Part shown: in pieces, positions 51,101 through 59,570 of the stretch | How positions within the stretch are numbered: position 1 is the first letter of the stretch | How the letters are laid out: every line of letters begins with the position of its first letter | Assembly: GCA_002633005.1 (NCBI GenBank) | Contig: NMRA01000007.1 | Span: 243,484-303,053 of the forward strand | DNA: 59,570 nucleotides | Source of the DNA: Phoronis australis | Lineage: Eukaryota > Animalia > Phoronida | Direction: 5' to 3' | Made by a program: the position numbers and the translations under genes | The notes under the pieces: model-generated | Databases searched by the model: none | What the model saw: the letters and a program-made list of their open reading frames with translations, nothing else | What the model was told of the DNA's origin: nothing

Positions 51101-54100
51101 CCAGACAGTCCTTTCAGCAAGTTCTGCGTGTTCATAAGACCACTATTCTCCTCCACTGCAATCGGCGCATCCTGACAGACTGTGAAGTCCATGGTGTCGC
51201 CATCAAACCTCCTGGTCTGATTGACGCTGACACTGACAGGCGCCAACAGCTTATCAGTATCATCAGCGCCATCTGGCTGAGACTGGCTCAAACGAGAGAA
51301 GCCTTCCAGCAGCATCTTCGTGCTCTCAGAACAGTTTGTCCTATTGGTGGCAAGCATAACGTCAGTCTGACAGGCTGTCAGCTCCATACCATTCTCATCA
51401 AATCGTTTAGTCACATCTGCGGCACTACTCATCAACGGACCAGTGGTGTGCAGAGGTGCATCATCCTCAACCCCAAGTGACGCTGCGCTCGCCTGTCGCC
51501 CACCACTTTGCAGACGCTTCAAAAAGCTGCTAGAGTCAATTTGCGTACACCCAAAGTCAGGCCCAATGTTCAATTTGAACTCATTTCCATTCTCATTCTC
51601 ACAGTACTCTTCATCATCAACACCAAACAAAGCACCCATGCTGCCAGGCCTGGGCTGGGGCTTCACGGTCATTTTAGGCTTAGAGGATAATTTACTGAGA
51701 AAGTCTGCTGTGTCTATTCTGTCGGTTGCCACAGTGCCACTGAGGTTGCTCGCGTCCTTGTTGGAGCCGTCTATGCAAGCAGTGAGCTCCATGTTGCACG
51801 AGTCATCATTAAATATCTGAAAATTCAATCATTAGACAATAATGCAATTACATGAGCACATCACTGACTGCAACTGACACTGAGAAGCATTACTACTCAA
51901 CTTTGCTCATTCATCAACTTTTCTGTAATTTTTGCAAAGCGACTGACACTCTGGAGAGTCATATTATTATTTAAATGGAGATCAGTGACATACCGAGGAA
52001 ATGAGGGGAAGGTAGGAATGAAAGAAGTAATACAGGGTAAGGACCTGGGTGAGGGAACCGGGGGTAAGTAAGGAGAGTAGTGGAGGTTAGGAGAGGAACT
52101 GGCGGGGAAGGGAGGAAGAGAGAAAGGGAAGGTAGGGGTGACGGGGGGAGGAAGGGAGAGCAGATTTGAGGGTGAGAGAAAGGGAGGGAGATAACATGGA
52201 GGGATGGAGAGAGAGAAAATGGGGAGATAAAAGTGAGGAAAAGAGAGAGAGGAGGGGAGAGAAGATGGGAAGGAGACAGGAGGGGAACGAGAAAGAGAGG
52301 TGGACGGAGGAGAGAGGTCGGGGACAAAGCAAAGGAGGCAAAGAAGGATGGATGGATGGAGAGAACGACGGAGGGAGGGAGGCAGTGAGAAAACAGAATG
52401 ACATGGAAGGTAAGGATGAGTGAAGAAGAGAATGGAGGGAGGGAAGGGTAGAGGGAGGGTAGAGTCTACCCAAAGTTACTTTATTGAGTCTAGGATCCAG
52501 CATGATTCCTAATATCTTTAATAGTCAGCCACAAACCTGTGTCTTGTTGGAGTCAAACGTATGACGACCAACAAATTTGTTGATGGAGGTGTTGTTGAAG
52601 GTGATGCTGTCACCTCTGTTGTTCAAGTCATATGGACCCCAAGATAGGTTTGTTTGATCAAACTGACGAGGTGGGATGTACACCTGACCAACACACCTGG
52701 TAATACAAAGAATGAGATCATTTTTCTGGTGCTCTAAACAAACCATGAAGCTACTGTTTTTGAATAGCTAGCACACTGAAATCATGTCAATGCAACGACT
52801 ACTGAAATCTAGTAGATTGTCAAGCAATGGACAACATTACACTCAGGTAACAGAAAGATCTCTTTCTGTATAACAAGACAAATACTCAGCTATTTATTTA
52901 TGTGTTGACCATGAATATTGTTAAGAATGGATAAAAAATTACCAACAGCACGTGCTACATAAACACATGCGTACTTAAAAAGAACAGAAACCTGGGCCTA
53001 TAAAACACCGATAGTATTGGAAATTCGTTTGTGTGATGAATTACAAGAAACCCAAAGGTTGTCCACGACTGATCAATTGTACAAGCGATGAACGAGAACA
53101 TGTTGATATAGCAACATCTCACGAATCTCAACTTCGGGATATGCACAAATCAGATATTGTCTAGCTGCAAAAATGTCACTCCAGCACATGAGCGCACAAT
53201 AGGATTGATTCAGTTGAGAATTCCCACAAACGTACTACCAAGTTAATGAGATCAAAGGTACACAAAGACACATTATTTGCAACTGCAGCAGGTTGCTATC
53301 AGACTTACTTTGTAAATTCCATCGATTCATTGATAGTGGATGACTGCTGTGTGTCTGCAATATCAAAATGTGTTCTTGCGTTACATAACAACGTATCATC
53401 TAGAATGAATTACATAATTCCACAGAGACTGATCTACAAGAGGTTACAGTAAAACTCGCACAAGTTCGATCAGACCGGACAGAGATTTTAACCACATAAA
53501 CCGAAATCCAACTTTTACAAAGAGCCAAGTGAACGAACTAGAACAACTGCACCACCGAAGTTTTACAGTAGTTCTTTCATTGTAACATTCATAGAGTATA
53601 TTACTTAAGAAACAAGTAAAACTTCATCCATCTTATTCTCCATCAAATAACTAGTCACAGGGGATTGACCATTAACCATAGGGTTGAAAATACGTAGATT
53701 TTGCTACAACACGATTGCAATGATGTTCCAACAGTGGACATCACAATATCAAATGCTTTTCAGAATTTTTCTCCTTTGAATCGCTTTTCAGTACTCGACT
53801 TATACTTCCCTTACGTTACACTTCGCTCATGCATTTGAAAGAACAGAAATAAAGGCCTCGACATTAACCCAAATCCATTGATGATTTTTCCATAAATGTT
53901 AACAGATGACATGCTCGGCTCAACAACACACACACAATAAGTTCTCAATTCAAAAGGACAACGCATCAATCTGGACAAATATAAAGTGCTAATTAATACA
54001 CGCCCCATCAGTTTCTTCCACACATTGATGAACTGTTACCATTCTTTTAATGACTTTATCATTGTGAGTTTTAGAAACTCGTCGACAGTGCGCAACAAGC

Positions 54101-57100
54101 AATGACAACTCACCATGATGCAGGCCAGCATGGGCCACCTGACTCGTGGAGTGAGTCTCGTTAGACTGTATACTGTCATCCGACACATTTGGCATGGGGC
54201 ACTGGTAGACAGGCTGCACAGGTTGAAAAACAGAAGTCAGTAATTTCATACAAAACGCAAGCAACAACTACCTGAGTCTGGAGTATTAATTAATCTGTTT
54301 GTTTTTAACTGAGTGCCCCCATGGAAAGCAGTGTGAACTGATGGGGCTACCCTCATTGTAAATATTACATTAATAAATAAATAAATAAACTAAATTCCTA
54401 CCACATCTGCCCTTTGCGATTTTTAGTCAAAAACCTTGCTATAGCCCGACCAGTTATCACTGCATAGGACTGGCGTGAGCTTGTCCCTTACTTAGATGAG
54501 ATGTGTTTTCTGAGCTAGACAAGAATGGGCAAATTGTTGCGACAAAACTCAGTAAACTGAAATTCACAGAATGTCATATCAACAAAGCTGTCACTCAAAT
54601 GAAAATAGGTCGATTCCATAATTACAAACTGGACAGACTTACTTATCCATGCTCGACAACTTCACACAAAATGTTCAAGGTATGCTACAAGACCAACGCG
54701 GAGGGTTGACATGCGCATACAATATGCATCGCATATAACGCAGATACATGTGAAGATTACTATTTTGAAACATTCCCACTGAATGAAACCCTGCTAGTAA
54801 ATTTAAAAATAGCCCTAGGGGTGCATAGCAAGTCAGCAATGCTGACCTCAACAGGAACATACCTGCCAAGACCGTAAAGAAATTAAAACTGACGCTGGGG
54901 GCACAGTTGTAATCAGATACATCCAAACGTCCTCATTTGTTGCCACATTCATAGACATACATTTGCCAAATTTCACAAAGATTCTTTAGGAAGAAACTTA
55001 ATGAAAATCCGTTAAGGAACTCTGAAGATACAGAGGCAAATGTAAAAAACTAAATTGCCACCAGGGGGCACACCAATAGTGGATACGTTTGAAAATTCCC
55101 TCATGCTGTCCCCATCTATGAAAGGAACATAACAGCAAAATTTCAAAAACATGCAGCATGGGGTTTTTAGGATACAGCAGTGGACGCCGGATGAACACAG
55201 ATGACGGCATAAAGCGCCAACACATAAATATGTGGGCACATCAAAAGACTTTTACACTCCCTCTGCAATAACTACCGTATAGTTGCTTTAACACAAAAAT
55301 CCAGAGGCATAAAAAAAACAGAAATACTAACTCCGTGTGCGACAGGGTCATTGTTTAGAAATGGTCCGTTCAACAATGTGTTCAGACTACTGGAGGAGTC
55401 GGGCTTTTTGTACAAGTTGGTCAAGTCATCAGGTTCCACATTGGGGCTGAAATATACAAGAATATGATATAGAATAGTGGTCTTGCAACTAGTACTAATC
55501 AATGCAAGTTGAGACGAACGGACATTAAAAAAAAAACGACGAAACAACCAACTTTCACCTTCAGAATTCTGAGCTCACATTAATACCGAGGGCAATCAAA
55601 AAATAGAATTTATTTTATGAAACAACTCTAAACACGCATAAAACGAAATGATAATCTAGAAAACTGTTTTGAAACTTAATTTTGAACATTTAAATGAAAT
55701 AAAATTTAGTAATGTTACTGATGTAGCTTTTTTTGCTAAATTTACTAAGGGCTGTTCCAGCAAAATCTGTATGGGAGGGGGGGAAGGCACTTTTATTTCG
55801 TACCCACCGCCCATATTTTTCATTTATTTCTCCAACCCATGACCCATAATTTTTTAATTATTTTTAATAGGTTAAAATATAAAATCCAACACTTCCAAAC
55901 AAATTGCCTCCAGGAGGACCTGTTGAGAACTTAAATGATTGACAGACAAGAACTAGTTGTCTTGTCCAATATTGTCAAAAACTAAAGTAGCCTGTGAGCA
56001 ATACTTTTGGCAGCCACCAGGTGTCTCTGTTCACCATGTGTCTAAAATTTCAATGAACATTTTTTCAATTATAAGAATCTATGAATCTCAAACTGTCTCC
56101 ACGAACTCTTTTATACTTCTATGTCAAGTGAATATTGGAACTTGTTTAGCTTACTCCTCATAATTTTTATTTAAAAATCATCAATTTTCTTATATGTGTT
56201 AACACCAGTTTAGTGTTGCATAACTTTTCAATTCAATAGGACTGCAGACAAACAGTTGGCTCAAATCAAGTTGCCCATGACTTGATTAATGGCTAAGTGA
56301 GCATATTGCACTCTGTTCACTGGCAATATGGGCTTTTTTGTATTGGCTTGTTTTGAGTTTTGAGGGCTGAAGTAACCAACCTGTCAACATTAACAGGACA
56401 AAAAATACCACCTATTTTTAATGCATCACTTCTTACAGGAACGACCACCCATAATTTGTGTTTTTTTCTGAAGACCACCACCCATGAATTTTTATTTCTA
56501 CTGCCGTCCCCCCCCCCTCCCACACGGATTTTACTGGAACAGCCCTAAAAACACATGGTACTGTGACGTGATTAATGCCAGATTTATGTCAAGTCAAGCA
56601 TCAAATTTTGTAGCTTTCTACTTTCAGAAAATTCATACTTAAACTGTGTTAAAACCTAGTTTTGTAGATTCATGGCTAAATACACAGACTAGTCAATAAG
56701 GTCATACATAATTTCAAGCAGTCAAAGAAGTGATTGTGGCATTTCAAACTGTAACAGAGGTTAACACAGGGTAATCCTACGATAATAAATACTTACATCT
56801 TGGCAGGGTCTTGACTTGGCACTGTAGTGAATGTGACTTCCTTGTGAAACTCCCTAATACACATGAAGAGCGAGAATCACTGACAATGACGACACAGCAT
56901 TACAAATGTCATAGTCAAACTAATGGCATCACGGACAATTTTCACTCTCAAGTTAACTGTAGGGTGCTTAGGGAAATGTGTTACGGCTTTTAATAGACAT
57001 CTAATTTCCACCTATCATAATTTACTAGTTAGTACCTTTTCTATGGTGATTTAAGGCAAGTTTGCATCTGGGAGAAAAAAAATGAGATGGAATCAAAGTA

Positions 57101-58545
57101 TTTCGATTCAATGAAACACCGACTTAGATCTTAAAATTTGCTGCATGTTAAAAAGGCCGCAATATTTGCTTGGAGCTTGATTCTGAGAAATGATTTTGAG
57201 TAAATCCTTCAGGAACCATTAGGTTCAGTAGACCAGCTTACGAGCCCTGACTTTTGGAGCAAGAATGAATGACAGTCTTTGACTACACTTGGACGACATG
57301 CTAGTACCTTGCAACTAACCTCCCAGCCGAGGTTAGTACATAATTGTACAGTGGAGTCAAGTGTAGCAAGGCAAGTTGTGTGACTTGCTCAAAGGCACAG
57401 CTACGTGACAACTGCACAAAGGGGTGGCTACTTGACATAACTAAGGCCAGGTCTTGCACAACTTACTTGACAGTGAATGTTTCTGCAAAGCTCACTCTGC
57501 GTGACCGTCGCTGTGTTTTGACATCTTGGGTAAGTTCAGAACCATCTTGCTATAATAATAATAAAAGTAATAGTAATAATGATAAGAATAATGATAACAG
57601 TAATAATATCAATATTACTAATAACATCAGCAACAACAATAATTTTTTTCTATTAAGGATAAAAATGAGGACACGCAACTCGTAGCTGTAATAGGTATTA
57701 TCATTTAATCAAATCTTGAAATGTCGGAGATACTGGTATTGCGTTACATCATTTCCCCATTTGTTTACCAATCAGCAGGCCTAGAAGACATGCAAGCAGA
57801 CATTCTATTCATGTGATAGTCAGTTATGTCCTGCCTTATATGTAATGTCACATTCCAAAAACAACTCCACAATCATAACAATTTGGGCTAGGAAACAAAA
57901 TCAAGCAAAGCTGGCTACTCCAAAACTCAAGATTTCGTGTGACTCGACAGCGTTTTGTTACCTGTGCATTTGGATCCAGGTCAGCCAGAGCTTCCCTGCT
58001 TGGGGATTTACTAGGCTTGAGAATCTGTAGGAAAATGGCAGAAGCCAGGTCAGAGAACAAAAACACTAACAGTTTACATTTAAAAACATTTTCGTTTTAA
58101 AAGTTGACTGTTTTTGTGTTAAAGATGACGGTAACTGTATATTGCAATAGAACCTCCAACGAAACAAAAACACAAATCCAATTTATAATGCATACTACAT
58201 AGTGGATGTCCATAAAACTTTGTCTCAGATTGATAATTCACAAAGGAAAGGTTTCATACACAAAATTGCATTTCACACAAAATATGACACTACCATAGAT
58301 GAAACAATACAGATGTCAAATTGCGCATAAAACTGAAAATGCAGTACACAGAACAAAAATGTAAACACTCATGCGATCCTGGTTTCTATTCCTCACTTAA
58401 AAAATTTGTGTAGCTTATTCAAATTTTGTTAAAAAAACACACTTAAAGACACTGTACGCAATATTTATCTTACAAATATGTGTCTGCTTGAGATTTTTAA
58501 GCAACGTACCGATGATCGCCTGGTATGTGACTTGCGCTTTCTTCC
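40208..58545 (-). CDS. KNL1: Kinetochore scaffold KNL1/CASC5/Spc105, 23 exons in window, 5'-incomplete, about 1836 aa
   Basis: Phase-consistent GT-AG exon chain: 58545-58510, 58024-57962, 57549-57467, 56853-56797, 55446-55332, 54213-54114, 53399-53309, 52696-52537, 51816-50554, 50152-48310, 48034-47763, 47479-47363, 46881-46772, 46391-46301, 45936-45820, 45227-45140, 44582-44469, 43713-43674, 42793-42650, 42186-42032, 41860-41757, 40737-40511, 40328-40208 (TAG). Translation gives RRSS|ILK, RRVSFAETFTVKEF, LNTLLNGP, KI-like IDTADFLSKL and IDSSSFLKRL, many TxxF...M[ED][LF]T motifs, Spc7-type DFLEYIRISF and SKNMYKEW, a coiled coil and an RWD-like C-terminus. Confidence 0.95.
42650..45227 (-). 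CDS. KNL1: KNL1 coiled-coil exons (45227-45140, 44582-44469, 43713-43674, 42793-42650)
   Basis: Heptad-like E/L/K/Q-rich translation, phases consistent. Confidence 0.8.
43491..43612. repeat. Minisatellite, 6 x 20 bp (TTGGTGAGGGAGGAAGACTA)
   Basis: Perfect tandem units apart from one base in the first; KNL1 intron. Confidence 0.95.
43932..44063. repeat. Minisatellite, 4 x 33 bp (TAGGAATGTAATATCACGTGTTATGCTAATATA)
   Basis: Tandem units with one substitution; KNL1 intron. Confidence 0.95.
45820..47479 (-). CDS. KNL1: KNL1 Spc7-type region exons (47479-47363, 46881-46772, 46391-46301, 45936-45820)
   Basis: WSCSDFLEYIRISF; QPELKQHEWACDYL; KNPEIIK; MSKNMYKEWQTK; all junctions GT-AG and in phase. 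Confidence 0.88.
47763..48034 (-). CDS. KNL1: KNL1 exon GDGEMDLLDEIEPP...SLHEK
   Basis: Weak gaag| acceptor, |gtatgt donor; contains three KS[VM]LSQS repeats. Confidence 0.75.
48310..50152 (-). CDS. KNL1: KNL1 MELT-repeat exon
   Basis: 1843 nt within ORF 48011..50152; 11 canonical M[ED][LF]T motifs in a ~38-aa repeat; the aaag|gtatgg donor supplies the phase 1 needed by the next exon. Confidence 0.9.
49082..49446 (-). repeat. Coding tandem repeat, just over 3 near-identical 114-bp units
   Basis: ACCAACACAAGTTGT recurs at 49082, 49196, 49310 and 49424. Confidence 0.95.
50554..51816 (-). CDS. KNL1: KNL1 large exon with two KI motifs and five MELT-type motifs
   Basis: 421 codons within ORF 50542..51828; ttttcag| and |gtaagt. 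Confidence 0.92.
51990..52462. repeat. ~470-bp purine-rich low-complexity tract
   Basis: Overwhelmingly G/A on the plus strand; KNL1 intron. Confidence 0.9.
52537..52696 (-). CDS. KNL1: KNL1 exon CVGQVYIP...DSNKTQ
   Basis: accag| and |gtttgt, phase 2/0. Confidence 0.8.
53309..53399 (-). CDS. KNL1: KNL1 exon ending in first MELT-type motif (ESMEFTK)
   Basis: ttctag| and |gtaagt; MEFTK joins CVG of the next exon. Confidence 0.85.
54114..54213 (-). CDS. KNL1: KNL1 exon PVYQCPMP...GLHH
   Basis: gcag| and |gtgagt; its phase 0/1 is required to connect the flanking exons. Confidence 0.7.
54290..54389 (+). mobile_element. LINE-like 3' end (L2/Crack-type stem-loop plus (TAAA)n tail)
   Basis: GCCCCCATGG...CTGATGGGGCTACCCTC followed by TAATAAATAAATAAATAAA. 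Confidence 0.5.
55332..55446 (-). CDS. KNL1: KNL1 exon PNVEPDD...SLNTLLNGP...AHG
   Basis: tttcag| and |gttagt; LNTLLNGP resembles the MNTLLSAP block of vertebrate KNL1. Confidence 0.8.
55749..56545. mobile_element. PIF/Harbinger-like MITE in a KNL1 intron
   Basis: TAA|GGGCTGTTCCAGCAAAATCTGTATGGGAGGGGGGG ... CCCCCCCTCCCACACGGATTTTACTGGAACAGCCC|TAA. Confidence 0.85.
56797..56853 (-). CDS. KNL1: KNL1 exon (K)EFHKEVTFTTVPSQDPAK
   Basis: tag| and |gtaagt, phase 2/2. Confidence 0.8.
57467..57549 (-). CDS. KNL1: KNL1 exon with RVSF PP1-docking motif
   Basis: QDGSELTQDVKTQRRSRRVSFAETFTV; |gtaagt donor. Confidence 0.9.
57551..57642. repeat. Degenerate (AAT)n microsatellite
   Basis: AATAATAAT... 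abutting the acceptor of the RVSF exon. Confidence 0.85.
57962..58024 (-). CDS. KNL1: KNL1 exon ILKPSKSPSREALADLDPNAQ
   Basis: ttttcctacag| and |gtaaca, 63 nt, phase 0/0. Confidence 0.85.
58510..58545 (-). CDS. KNL1: KNL1 exon GRKRKSHTRRSS (first half of SILK motif)
   Basis: cag| acceptor (a second in-frame AG lies 6 nt upstream) and |gtacgt donor; joins in frame to ILKP. Confidence 0.8.
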
Positions 58546-58785
58546 CTGAAGCTGTAAGCTAAAAACCACCCAAAGAAAGTATTAGCATACAATTTGATGA
58601 CTACAATGTTCATCTGAGTTAATGCCAAGGATATTTGTATAAATTTAAATATGTCATTTAGCTGTCTAAGGGCAGTAACACAGACAAATGCTGCCCAAGT
58701 AACACTTAAATCTTCAAATAAATGCATTGAATATTTGAACTGGTGCGACACAAGTAAACCAAACTTTTCCAAGCGGGGTTCAAAC

Positions 58786-59570
58786 TAGGTAATGACCATC
58801 GCCTCTGTTGGCCCGAACCAGAGGCGATGCAGAGGCTATAGGCGCTCTGTACGCTGGAAGCTTTTCGGCAAATTATGCCTCGCACCGACTAAACCATCAA
58901 AGTCACGTTGTTATAAATACCTTTTGCACATAGAGGAACACCTTAGGAGGTTGTCGATGTGTTTAAGTCCTTCCAACTCGAACAAATACTCCCGTTATGA
59001 AACTTTTTCTTCGATCAGTCCCCATTTCAGTTCCCAAAATCGTGAAATCAAAATTTTTGTACTGCGCACGCTCCAATTTTTACCGCGCTCGCTAGGTGAT
59101 GTGACTTCATAATCTCAATAATTTTTAAATAGGCCAAAGGTGAGCCATTGCGGTCTTGTCAGTCAAATGTTCGTTTCCAAAATGCCACCACTTATACTTG
59201 TCTTTAATTGGCGTTACTTGAAACTGTTAGTATTTCAATGAATTATTGTTTGTATTTGATAAAAATAAATGCTGTTGATATGACATTTAAAAGTCTTTGT
59301 GCACATATTTGACATTTTAATGTTTAACAACACGGCAAATAGTGCACGGCTGGTTCCCGGCAGCACATACGCAAACAGCGGGAACTTCAGCTTTCAAAGT
59401 TTGCCGGTAGGATCGCAACTTCTGACCTTCGGCCTGGTTAAAAAAATGAAAATTTTGATTTCACGATTTTGGGAACTGAAATAGGGACTGCTCGAAGAAA
59501 AAGTTTCATAACGGGAGTATTTGTTCGAGTTGGAAGAACTTAAACACATCGACAACCTCCTAAGGTGTTC
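58786..59570. mobile_element. Long-TIR element copy 3, cut by the window end, upstream of the first visible KNL1 exon
   Basis: Starts TAGGTAATGACCATCGCC, nearly identical to copy 1; second TIR begins at ~59450. Confidence 0.92.

Noticed and set aside
51971-52503. L/S/P-rich and E/G/R-rich ORFs
   Set aside because: Artefacts of the purine-rich low-complexity tract
57344-57685. Asn-rich ORF
   Set aside because: Produced by the (AAT)n microsatellite and the antisense of the RVSF exon

Overview
AT-rich, intron-containing eukaryotic DNA, most likely from an invertebrate animal; the taxon cannot be fixed from sequence alone. Three spliced protein-coding genes were assembled by hand with consistent GT-AG junctions and reading-frame phases. 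(1) GPATCH2-like, minus strand, 6 coding exons, 32605->25113, about 438 aa. (2) A small TEX43/SPMIP10-like sperm or cilia gene, plus strand, 3 exons, 34630->38151, 120 aa, only partly visible in the ORF track. It is head-to-head with GPATCH2 across a ~130-bp region containing an RFX X-box-like site. (3) The kinetochore scaffold KNL1/Spc105, minus strand, 23 exons in the window, 58545->40208, >1830 aa; no start-codon exon was identified in the window. KNL1 has SILK, RVSF, two KI motifs, about 17 MELT-type motifs including a recently amplified 114-bp repeat, a coiled coil and a C-terminal RWD-type region. The first ~23 kb has no convincing coding gene. It holds non-autonomous DNA transposons, a decayed Penelope-like retroelement, a tRNA-derived SINE and some orphan splice signals. 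The transposons include a 929-bp long-TIR element with a 9-bp TSD (3 copies in the window), CATG-ended elements with 5-bp TSDs, and Kolobok- and PIF-like MITEs. I found no evidence of a wholly new multi-gene system. The best leads are the KNL1 repeat architecture, the GPATCH2/TEX43 bidirectional promoter with an in-frame uORF, and the young transposon families. Homology calls rest on recalled motifs, not database searches.
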